Source: Nemertoderma westbladi
Taxonomy: Eukaryota > Animalia > Xenacoelomorpha
DNA: 59,240 bases
Direction of reading: 5' to 3'
NCBI GenBank assembly: GCA_032718475.1
Contig: JAUCBJ010000779.1
Span: 1 to 59,240, forward strand
The translations under genes were made by a program, and so were the position numbers. Below, in pieces: positions 49,101 to 59,240 of the stretch. How positions within the stretch are numbered: position 1 is the first letter of the stretch; every line of letters begins with the position of its first letter. The notes beneath the pieces were generated by a model. It was not told the origin of the DNA. It searched no databases and saw only the letters and a list, made by a program, of their open reading frames with translations.

Positions 49101-51277
49101 CGGCCGGAACGTAATGGAACAAATCGACTATACACTGGAGAAAACGGTTTATTGGACCGACGCTTTACTCGTGTTGGAGTATCTCACCAATGAAGTCTGT
49201 CAGTTTAGCGTTTTTGTTACTAACCGAGTAGCTATTATTCTTAGTCGCACAAAGATAGATCAATGGAGACATTGCCCTGGTACGATTAATCCAGCCGATA
49301 TCGCCTCCAGGGGAGCAACTCCACAGGAACTGATAGATACTCCAGATTGGTTGGGTGGACCCGACTTCCTGAGCAAGGAAGAGGATGAATGGCCTCCTCA
49401 CCTTACTACGGCAGAGATTAGACAAGCCAAGGGAGCGGAGACAGTCAAACCTAAAACCCGGGCGAGTAAATCGAAGTTATTTAAACCGACTATCGATCTA
49501 TCTGTATTACATACTTCCGGGAATGATGCTTCGGATCCACAATCCCTCAACACAAATAAGTCTGTTGTGGAAATTAGAGATAAAGATTGGAAATCTGGAA
49601 TACCAGACGTCTCGCAAGGAATCTCACCCATGCTGCAGAGAGCAATGCATCATTACAGTTCCTGGAATCGGCTCTGTAAAGCCGTCACATATTTAAGATG
49701 ATGTTTTCATCATCACTACTCCAGGACGAAGACCACTAGTGATCACGCTCCATTGACATCTGCACAAGTTCATGTTATTAAGAATTTACCCAAATATAAG
49801 ATATCTGATCGTTTTCTAAAAGAGAAAATTAGTCACCAGGAGTATGAAGAAACAAATAAACAGATACTGAGACTCCTGCAATGCTATGAGGATTCCGAAA
49901 AGTACTTCCTGTTGTTGAGAAATCCACAGATGCGCTTAAGGGATCGATTCTCGAGCACAATGATAGATGGGTTAATACGTGTTGGAGGAAGACTCACCAA
50001 CGCGCCCTTATCCTTTGACACCAAATTCCCCATACTTATTAGAAATCTTGAAGTACAAATCAAGATGATTGTAGACGTTCACGGTAAACTTTATCATGCA
50101 GGTAGAGAACGAATTCTTAGCGAAATTCGAACTCGCTATTATTTTGATAAACCCCGTAGAGCTCTGAACCAAGTTCTTAGGAACTGCATACCCTGTAGGA
50201 AAGCATTCAGTAGGCCTTTAACACAGCGAGAGGCAGAATTACCTAGGGAACGAGTAAGCTTCTATGAACCACCTTTTACTAATACTGGTGTAGATTTATT
50301 TGGCCCTATTGAAGTATATCGTGCAAGGACTATAGTCAAGAGATGGTGTGTCATCTTCGTGTGCATGACTTGTAGAGCCATCCATCTCGATATGGTGAAC
50401 GATCTATCTACTAACAGCTTCGTCTTAAGTTTACGACGACAGATCGAGTAATACCATGAGATTGGATAAAGGAACGAACTTCATAGGTGCCAACAACGAG
50501 ATACAGGCTTACGTGAAGGACTGGAACCAAAGACAGGTGGATGACCAGCTAAGGATAACAGCGTCTAGCTGGACCTTCAACGCTGCCGACGCCCCTTGGT
50601 GGGGAGGAAGTTGGGAGAGATTAATTCGAAGTGTCAAAACCGCATTTCACTTTATAGTGCCATGCCGCGCGTATCTCACCGACGAACTTTTGCGGACGTT
50701 AATGGAGGAAATTGCTGCCTATCTCAACGAGAGACCGCTTATGCCAGTCTCATCGAGTCCCGATTCCCTGGAAGCGCTAACACCCGCGCACTTCCTACTG
50801 AAGAAACCCGTAGCCATGCTCCCACGATCGGAGATTGCCGACGGAGACGAATACTGCCGTCGAACTTGGCAACTTATGCAGTTGCTATCCCGTCGTTTCG
50901 CTGACCATTTCAAGAAACATTATCTGCCCACGCTACAACTTCGAACTAAGTGGTTTGCGCAGCAAGAAAACGTCAGCGCCGGAGATATGGTGCTTATTGT
51001 AGATCCAGACCTCCCACGTAAACGGTGGCAGACAGGTCGTATCATCGAGACACACATCTCAGATGATGGTTTAGTACGCTCGGTAGAACTCATCGTCATG
51101 CGGCGTAACTTCAAGAAGCCAGGCATCATCTTTGAGACGCAACAACTCAATCGCCCAGTTGGTCGTTTATGTTTACTGGAAAGAGACAGAGAACTCTCTG
51201 GAAACTATGGAAGGCAAGACACTCTTCCCACTACCACCTCCCTAATTCCTCAAACATCTAGGGACTCCCTAACGTGA
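43120..51277 (+). pseudogene. Element A gag-pol (disrupted near 44230, 45995, ~48890, 49699, ~50450)
   Basis: Gag core FNGDEMKWLPF, BEL knuckles CALCDGTHRLSAC/CYNCLRPGHQRRTC/CAKCGAKHHILLH, PR ALLDSGS, RT YMDD, RH HVFGDAS/YWTD, IN GVDLFGP/DKGTNF/LCLLE. Confidence 0.95.
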
Positions 51278-52903
51278 TACGTCTGGAGTGGGTGTATGAC
51301 TATATTATTTTATCTATTTTGTTATATTTTATATGCGAACTTTATTATGTACTTTATTATAATCGTTTTTATTCAATTTTATTTAGTAGAATGTTATTTT
51401 AGTGATTATTTAGTAGATTAGTGCAATATATTAGTGTTTATTACGTACATAATTACTTATAATATATATTTAGTGCGACGGCGAGAAATAATTTTTTATC
51501 TTTCCTTACTGTCCGTATCATATTATAAATACGTGACTACAGTAAGATGAAATGTCCGTACTTATTAAAGTACAATAAAGCCACTACTATATTCAAGTAT
51601 TATTGGTAGGCAGAGTATTAGGAATGCAAAGTTCAGATCCTCGTGTCTCGGCTAAACCAAGCTCTGGGTAGACCTTGGAAACGACTTGCCTCTTCACACT
51701 GACATTGCTTCGTGCGATATTGCTCTTCTACCTTATATTAAATAATACATATAGTAGCGTGATGTCCCTCTAACAGTAGCGTAAAACGCAAATAAATCTG
51801 TTAAACCTTTTGACCATCTGTAATTCTAGTCGATTAAGATATCGTGGCACCCACCGATATACTTGAAAGACAAATTCTAGAATCAATGGTTAACATCCCC
51901 AGACAAGTTCTGGAATAAATCGGTGCCCATCTTAAATATTAATTTAATATTTATTAAAATCTGTAAAATTCAGATCCGTTAACAATTCTAGTCGATTAAG
52001 ATATCGTAGCACTTCCCGATACTCTTAAAAGACAAATTTCATAGAATTAAGGATCCTATGTCCCCAGACCTGCTCTGGAATCAAATTGTGTCAATTTTAA
52101 CATCAAATAATAAAATTCACGGGAATAAATTTAAATTCATATTTTTAAATGAATTTCATAAATTGTCATTTTGTACAATTTATAACATTCCCAAAATTCC
52201 ATTAATTAATAGATCATGGGAGCGGAGATTCATCCTGTTGAGTGTATTAGAGTGCGAGAATCTCCAACATATAGTCAATAGCCGATAAAATTAACAAAAT
52301 CATGCATAAAGAGGATATTGACAATTAAAGAATTATTATTAAATAGCATCCCAGATCTGTATGCATGAGAATTACCCTAATTCTACCGCTAGCATTCCAT
52401 AATGTCACCATAGCAACACCCACGCTAGAATTAGAAGCAAGTTAAGAGAACAATAGAAAGCTTGTCACATTGCATAGCATAGAGAATACATAGCACACTG
52501 TTAGTATCCAAGGATACACAGTAATGACGTGACATTCTGGAAGGCACTGACTAACGGACAAATGGCCTGTATGTGTACAATTGGTGACAGTTGTGTGGAA
52601 TTTGTGCGTTTGTAGGTGAATGTTACTGCTAAGGTGTGTTTACAGTAGCTAGTCGCAATTGTGAAAGTAGCCCAACTCTCCTATAGAAAGAACCTAAAGT
52701 GGATTCAAGCCTTTGGGACGGACAGTGGAGTGACTTGTGCCGGTTATCGTTGTCGTGATGTTGCTACATGTTGGCGTAAACACCGCGACGACGGTACATC
52801 GGCGCTGAGAATCCCACTGTCCGGGGGCGAAGAGAAGTAGGCAGCGACGTCCGCTCGCCTAAACATTAACTCATTTCGATATTAATAAACTCAGATAGCA
52901 GGT

Positions 52904-54352
52904 ATGACGGAGTTGATAGAAGATGATCTTGGTATCAGGGAGCGATATACTCTACCTTTGCCAGCATTTGTGGATAGCTTGATACGCGGTGAAACCGATC
53001 CAACCGTTACGGAGGACGATGGTCGTTATATCGAACCGCCGATGTCCCAAGAGCAACTTACGCGTGAATTGGACTAGCGAAAATTCACCTCTCGCTATAC
53101 GCATCGTAATAGTACGTATATGGACTTCCTAACTACCGGCCATCCTATCGATTTACATGATACGGACGATGTAGACACCGAAAGGGAAATGGTTCTATTT
53201 AAATATCATACCCAGCGGCGTCGTAACGATAAACCGAGAATAGATCATGAAAATTCTATTCGTAACAGACTGGGAAGACGAACCAATATGCCTAGAATCT
53301 GAGGAGATTCAGCCTATCGCGCCCGGAACAGCGACAATGATTACATCCTAGAATAGTATCAAGGTCCACAATGTCTCACTGCGTACGATTATCGCCATGC
53401 CAACTATGTTTCTCGGCAACGTTATCGGTTATGCGCATCGAGAGACCACGATACGCCCATGGACACCAACGTCCGCTGTTCCTATTTCCAAGAACAACCG
53501 ACTATGGAAATTTATTGCGCATATTGCAGACTCAATAACTTGCATATCTTTGCGGTTTGCCCTCAATTTATGACTCAATGTCACCATTGTCAACTAAAGG
53601 GACATGCTAGTTTCGACTGCCCTTTTAATCACGATTTGGAAAGCGTAGATGAAATGATCACACTGCGTTACATCAGAGCTTGGGAAGCGAACGCTGATTT
53701 ACATTGTGATTCGCGCCATCGCTATTATCCCGGACGCGCTTACGAAGGAGTTTATGCGTTCCATCCTTATCTATTCGCTTCTGTTGAACAGAAATCACGC
53801 ATATCGAGTTACGAGCTACTGAAGCGCGTCGGAGAATGTATTTCAACTAAATTCGTACGCAAATTTCTCAGGAGTGTTAATCCTAGCGACCTTCATTCCT
53901 ATAACTTAATCAATTATATCCGTCAGGATCCGGACTATGGAGACTTGTTTGTTAACTCACACCCCGAGTTGCAGGAAGTACATCGAAGGCCTTACGAATA
54001 CCGAGCCCGCGAACGCGAGTTGGAAAGGACCATTAAACCCCGGAAGTTTCTAACTGCCTATGGTCCACCCACGGCCCTCGTTCAGACCACTCGTAAAGGA
54101 CCCGTAAGAGCGGCTGTCTTGAAACGAGCTCTCAAAGCCGTTAGACCCCTCTCACCTGACGTTGATGTCAATCAACCCGGTACTTCGACTGGCGGATACA
54201 CCGACCATAATCCTACACCCTCTGATGCAATCATATTGCACCCTTCACCCATGAGTTATAGCCCTCCTTGTAAAGTGGCTCGCCCCAAAGAGAAAAGGAC
54301 TCTTGCTAGCTTTAAAAAACTGCGTAAACGCCGTCCGCGCAAGAAAGACTAA
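52904..54352 (+). pseudogene. Element A extra 3' ORF (~480 codons, three in-frame stops) with tandem CCHC zinc knuckles
   Basis: ATG 52904 and ORFs 53120 and 53459 are all in one frame. CAYCRLNNLHIFAVCP..CHHCQLKGHASFDC; basic C-terminus KKLRKRRPRKK. Confidence 0.7.
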
Positions 54353-54430
54353 CTGTTTAGAGTATTTACGTATATTAGAAACTGTGATTTTGTATATTTT
54401 ATAGACTCAAATCCCATTTTCTGGGAGCGG

Positions 54431-55693
54431 TGTAAAAGCTTCTGTGGGATATAACTGGCCCCTTTGCTTCGCAATCCAGTTTCCCCCCAGGCGCTGGAAT
54501 ACTCTAAAAGGGTTCTCTAACTGTATATATATTCCCCTCGCCCTCAAGGTACCGTTACAGGTGTTTTAACGGACATAAAAGTCATTCTGCTATATACGTG
54601 TTTTAGCGGACATGGTAAGACAAAAAACCTGCAATGCGACAAATACCTTTCATAGCTTAGCCGTGATGATTCATATTACGACATCTAACAGCTGGTTGCT
54701 GACATGGAAACAGCCATTGAACGCATGGTTCTTTGTTTGGCTTGAACCAATCAGAGCGATTTTTCCTGTCGACGTGTAGCTTTTCGGTCGATCATAAGGA
54801 GTGTGTTCAGTCTTACAGTTTTTTCTTGATACTTTGTGGTTATTGCTGTCTAGGCCAGGAACAACGGCTCTAGAGTCAATTCATTTCATACTTTTAGAAG
54901 AAACATTAGTAGGCTAAAATTATAGAGCGTATGACTGTTATCAGTTCTTAACAACTCATATCACATATCGGTCCATATCAGTTCATATCATAACTTAACA
55001 TACCGTCTTAATGCTGTTTACTGTTGTGTTTTGGTTGAATATTATTTGGAGAACATATATAAAGAACCCAAATTTCCCAATTTTCTTGATACACTACAGG
55101 TTAGAGAGACGGGTTATATATAGCGATTGCGACTTATATTGTTGTGGTTTGTAGTGAATTTAATGCTATTTGATAAGCACTACATTGGTCCGTTGCTATT
55201 CCCTTTATATATGATAAAATTCATTGACGGTCGGCAAATTAGTGAGCAGTATTGTGTGTTACCGGTAGTGTGCATGATTGTGACTGATAACTAAGCATTT
55301 CCTAAAGAATGCGCCTCATACGTGAATCTTAAGCCTTACCGACTTACCGTTGTGATTAGTGTAAGTCATATCTCGGTTTACTTAGATAGAGCGCCACGTC
55401 CTAAAGGAACTGTTAATATTTCCCGAAAGTAAATAATATTAGTCAGAAATTAATTATTAATGATCAATCGAATAATACAATACAGTAAGCTTCACTGCAA
55501 TAATAATTTAAGCCCTCAGAATCCAGTCTCCCGGGATTATCCAGCGGGTGAATGGACGCGCACTAGGCTGGCTTCTGCTAATGTTGTGTTTATTGGTATT
55601 AAATATTTGTCATCTTCTAAAGTATATTTATAAACCAAAAGACATATAAATTTTGGCAGGTTAAACTGCTAAAGGTCTTCAAAAGCGCGTACA
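54431..55693 (+). repeat. 3' LTR of A
   Basis: Direct repeat of 39623-40885, preceded by the short purine tract GGGAGCGG (54423-54430). Confidence 0.96.
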
Positions 55694-55774
55694 GTAGGAA
55701 AGGAGTCTATAAACGTCGGCAGTAGTAATAGTATGCCACCCTCGGCGACAGTTGGACCCACTTCACACCTTGGG

Positions 55775-56217
55775 TGTTAAGTAGATCATTAATTAATTAA
55801 CCAATTAATTAATTGGTCGATTAAACAATTAATTAATTGTTTAATCAATCGACTCGTATCAAATAATGTTGCCAAAGGCAATTTAATTTGATACAAATCA
55901 ATCAGATAGGGACGCGGGATGAATAAATTGTACTATAACAAACGAAATATACAATACAATAGACACTGTCAATACAATATACAGTACATTTGTATTATTT
56001 TTGCCATACAGTAGGTAAAGATAGAATTAAATATAAAGATGCAATCGAGGCCCAAAACATAAATATACCCTCACTCGAAAATAAAATGGCCCCAGTTTAG
56101 CCCCGAGTCATCCCTCAATAATCTATGGCTGCTCGGGCTCTTATTAACCGTATAGCATGACTAACCCCGTTATCATGTAAACCATTGTCAATTCACCTGA
56201 GAAAATTATAATAAACA
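55775..56217 (-). repeat. Candidate 5' LTR of element D (outer boundary uncertain)
   Basis: D's leader resumes at 55694. A TGTTAA...AAACA-bounded AT-rich block follows. There is no second copy in the window to confirm it. Confidence 0.35.
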
Positions 56218-56734
56218 TCTGATGAAATATAGTCGACTATTTTCATATTTTTAATATAGCAACATTGAAATATATATTTATAACATAACACATATACATA
56301 TAGCAGAGTAACATTTAAGATACTGGTTGCTTTGGTAAGTAATCATTCTCATTAGTTAGTGATTATAGTTTGGAAAGTGCTTCCTGCGTGCAATCTGTAT
56401 CATCAATAGAAAACGCATTCTTCATAGTCATCAACACAGGCGCCAAGGCAGATGGTGGTGGCTTCCTTTACCTGTTTGTCTAGTGCTTCCTAACCTGTAT
56501 AATTCAACAAAGTTTAAAGTTTTTACTGTGTGTCTTTTTCATAGCCTATGTTAAATCAAATTACATTCATGTAACTATTGTAACATTTATATTATAAAAT
56601 GGATATGGTGAGGGATTGAACTTATTGTTACTTGATTTATTTACCTTATCAATTAATCCCATGCTTCTTCTCTCCACTCTTTTTCTATACCCCACGCATT
56701 ATTCTTCTTTCACAACTCCATTCTAACCTCCCTC

Positions 56735-56770
56735 TATAAAAGCCCCCAGTCACCGCATTCCCATTCATTC
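56735..56770 (+). promoter_or_regulatory. TATA box + initiator-like element upstream of the 56882 ORF
   Basis: TATAAAAG at 56735 and TCATTC about 30 bp downstream. Confidence 0.5.
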
Positions 56771-56881
56771 TCTAATTTTTATTTTTAAAAGTTTTATTTA
56801 TTTTCATAAAAGTTTTATTTATTTAAAATTATGTAAAATCATTTATCGAAAACTCATAATATCAATTGACATTGCTATATA

Positions 56882-57931
56882 ATGCCTAGTTATGAAAAAT
56901 GTTTGGTTTGTAATAAAGAAATGAGACAAGACAATCTATCTCGTCACATGGAAAGACATAGAAAGGATAAACTAATGGATCCATTACCAAAGAAATTTAA
57001 AAAATCCGAAGATATTTTTAGTGAAGATGAAAAGAAAAAGAGAGTTGAGCGTGATATATTAAAGATAAAACAGACAACAGAAAATAAATTTCATAAAGTT
57101 ATGAATATTTTGAAAAGGATACAAAAACAGTTACCCCTAGAAAATGATGAAAATTTGAGTGAGGAAAGTGAAGAAGAAGAGGACGATGAGATGGAGAATG
57201 AAAATAGTGAGGGTCAAGATGAAGTTGAAGAGAGTGAAGTTGGGAACGAAGTGAGTGAAGGTCAGGAAGATGACGAAGAAAGTGAAGGTCAGGAAGAGGG
57301 TGAAGATAGCGAAGGTCAGGAAGAGAATGAAGAAAGTGAAGAACAGGAAGAGGATGAAGAAAGTGAAGAACAGGAAGAGGATGAAGAAAGTGAAGAACAG
57401 GAAGAGGATGAAGAAAGTGAAGAACAGGAAGAGGATGAAGAAAGCGAAGGTCAGAAAGAGGATGAAGAAAGTGAAGGTCATGAAGAGGACGAAGAAAGTG
57501 AAGAACAGGAAGACGACGAAGAAAGTGAAGGTCAGGAAAGTGAAGAAGATGATGAAAATGATAATAATAAGGAAATATTGAGACAATTACTTGGAAATAA
57601 GAATAAATTGCGGAAAATTATTAAACATTTAGAAGAGAATGGTGAAAATAAAGAAGAGATATTGAGACAAATATTAGGAAACAAAAATCAAATGCGGAAA
57701 TTTATTAAACAAATGGAAGAAAATGAGGAAAATAGAGAAGAGATATTAAGACAGGTTCTGGGAAATAAAAGTAAATTACTGAAAATTAATGAACAATTGA
57801 ATAAAATTAAGAAACTGTTGGTTAATGAGGAAGATGAAATTAAAGAAAATCAACCAGCTTTTACTTATTTTCGAAGACCTATGACAACAAACTCTCGTAC
57901 AGTATTTGCCCGCGCAGGAGGACACTATTGA
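56882..57931 (+). CDS. Intronless hypothetical protein: N-terminal C2H2-like finger, acidic SEEQEEDEE repeats, three EILRQxLGNK helical repeats
   Basis: 349-aa intact ORF beginning CLVCNKEMRQDNLSRHMERH, with a preceding TATA/Inr. Confidence 0.65.
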   Translation: MPSYEKCLVCNKEMRQDNLSRHMERHRKDKLMDPLPKKFKKSEDIFSEDEKKKRVERDILKIKQTTENKFHKVMNILKRIQKQLPLENDENLSEESEEEEDDEMENENSEGQDEVEESEVGNEVSEGQEDDEESEGQEEGEDSEGQEENEESEEQEEDEESEEQEEDEESEEQEEDEESEEQEEDEESEGQKEDEESEGHEEDEESEEQEDDEESEGQESEEDDENDNNKEILRQLLGNKNKLRKIIKHLEENGENKEEILRQILGNKNQMRKFIKQMEENEENREEILRQVLGNKSKLLKINEQLNKIKKLLVNEEDEIKENQPAFTYFRRPMTTNSRTVFARAGGHY

Positions 57932-57954
57932 CATTTGTTTGTTTGAGTTCTTTT

Positions 57955-58115
57955 CATAATAGTATTAAAACTATTTATCCATAACAATTATATTAGTATT
58001 AGGACTATTTATCCATAACATTTATATTAGTATTAGGATTACTTATCCCTAATTATTATATTAGTATTATAAATGTATTTGCCAACAATATTTATTACTA
58101 TTAGGTCTATTTATT
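57955..58115. repeat. Degenerate ~33-bp tandem repeat
   Basis: TATTAGTATTAGGACTATTTATCCATAACAATT-like unit x4-5. Confidence 0.7.
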
Positions 58116-58338
58116 CAAGAAATTATATGTTTTTATAATATATTTTGGAAAATTAGTCGACTAAGTCATAATTTTTAAAACTTTAAATAAGGGTGGAGTT
58201 ATTTTATAAAGTTAAGAAGAGTGAATCAATGGAGGCAACATGAAGTCTAATCTCTTGACATTTACTCGTAAGACCGCACATTAACTCCCAAGGTTGCATA
58301 CTATCACTATAGCTGGGAGAGTCAAAGCTAGTATACAG

Positions 58339-59240
58339 AAGTGAGGGAGTGAGTGAGGGAAGTGAGGGAAGTGAGGGAAGTGAGGGAAGTGAGGGAGTGA
58401 GTGAGGGAAGTGAGGGAAGTGAGGGAGTGAGTGAGGGAAGTGAGGGAAGTGAGGGAAGTGAGGGAAGTGAGGGAAGTGAGGGAAGTGAGGGAGTGAGTGA
58501 GGGAGTGAGTGAGGGAGTGAGGGAAGTGAGGGAAGTGAGGGAAGTGAGGGAAGTGAGGGAAGTGAGGGAAGTGAGGGAGTGAGTGAGGGAGTGAGTGAGG
58601 GAGTGAGGGAAGTGAGGGAAGTGAGGGAAGTGAGGGAAGTGAGGGAGTGAGTGAGGGAAGTGAGGGAAGTGAGGGAAGTGAGGGAAGTGAGGGAAGTGAG
58701 GGAAGTGAGGGAAGTGAGGGAGTGAGTGAGGGAGTGAGTGAGGGAAGTGAGGGAAGTGAGGGAAGTGAGGGAAGTGAGGGAAGTGAGGGAAGTGAGGGAA
58801 GTGAGGGAAGTGAGGGAGTGAGTGAGGGAGTGAGTGAGGGAGTGAGGGAAGTGAGGGAAGTGAGGGAGTGAGGGAAGTGAGGGAAGTGAGGGAAGTGAGG
58901 GAAGTGAGGGAGTGAGTGAGGGAAGTGAGGGAAGTGAGGGAAGTGAGGGAAGTGAGGGAAGTGAGGGAAGTGAGGGAAGTGAGGGAAGTGAGGGAAGTGA
59001 GGGAAGTGAGGGAGTGAGTGAGGGAGTGAGTGAGGGAAGTGAGGGAAGTGAGGGAAGTGAGGGAAGTGAGGGAAGTGAGGGAAGTGAGGGAAGTGAGGGA
59101 GGAGTGAGGGAGGAGTGAGGGAAGTGAGGGAAGTGAGGGAAGTGAGGGAAGTGAGGGAAGTGAGGGAAGTGAGGGAGTGAGTGAGGGAGTGAGTGAGGGA
59201 AGTGAGGGAAGTGAGGGAAGTGAGGGAGTGAGTGAGGGAA
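58339..59240. repeat. G-rich minisatellite (GTGAGGGAA / GTGAGGGA / GTGA units), runs off the window end
   Basis: Directly visible; the strand contains no C. Confidence 0.97.

Larger units (their letters stand above)
39623..55693 (+). mobile_element. Full-length BEL/Pao LTR retrotransposon A (16,071 bp), inserted in D's 5' leader
   Basis: Two 1263-bp TG..CA LTRs, 5-bp TSD GTAGG (39618-39622, 55694-55698), gag-PR-RT-RH-IN and an extra 3' ORF. Confidence 0.97.

Noticed and set aside
51278-54430. env gene in the 3' regions of A, B or C
   Set aside because: No signal peptide, furin site or transmembrane anchor visible; the ORFs are hydrophilic with zinc knuckles.
56350-56710. Small spliced gene on the minus strand divergent from the 56882 ORF
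   Set aside because: Plausible GT/AG sites exist but the joined frame contains stops and no recognisable motif.
58349-59118. SEG/VRE repeat ORFs and antisense ORFs over ER-, AE- and E-rich repeats (e.g. 12602, 44206, 57137)
   Set aside because: Artefacts of low-complexity sequence.

Overview
Eukaryotic (very likely invertebrate animal) repeat-dense region made almost entirely of nested transposable elements; no recognisable host gene except possibly one ORF at the right end. It holds five BEL/Pao (Belpaoviridae) LTR retrotransposon copies. A' (1-5760, minus) is a 5' half. B (10966-27729, minus) is a tandem structure with a shared LTR. C (27730-33884, minus) is inserted in B's 5' LTR. D (33883-39622, continuing from 55694) is rearranged. 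A (39623-55693, plus) is full length with 1263-bp near-identical LTRs and a GTAGG target-site duplication. Also present: a solo LTR, a Ginger1-type MITE, a foldback element, an RTE-like LINE fragment, a Penelope-like fragment, a TTAA-targeting piggyBac-like element, a C2H2/acidic ORF and a G-rich minisatellite. Main observation: none of the BEL elements has a tRNA-type (TGG...) primer-binding site. Instead the 9-11 nt right after the 5' LTR are complementary to a segment inside the same LTR, and the pair co-varies between related subfamilies A and A'. This is the signature of Tf1/sushi-type self-primed reverse transcription, here in BEL/Pao elements. These elements also carry extra 3' ORFs in the env position: a DEDDy 3'-5' exonuclease plus CCHC zinc knuckles in B, with related knuckles in C and A. 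All calls are by eye; no database searches were run.
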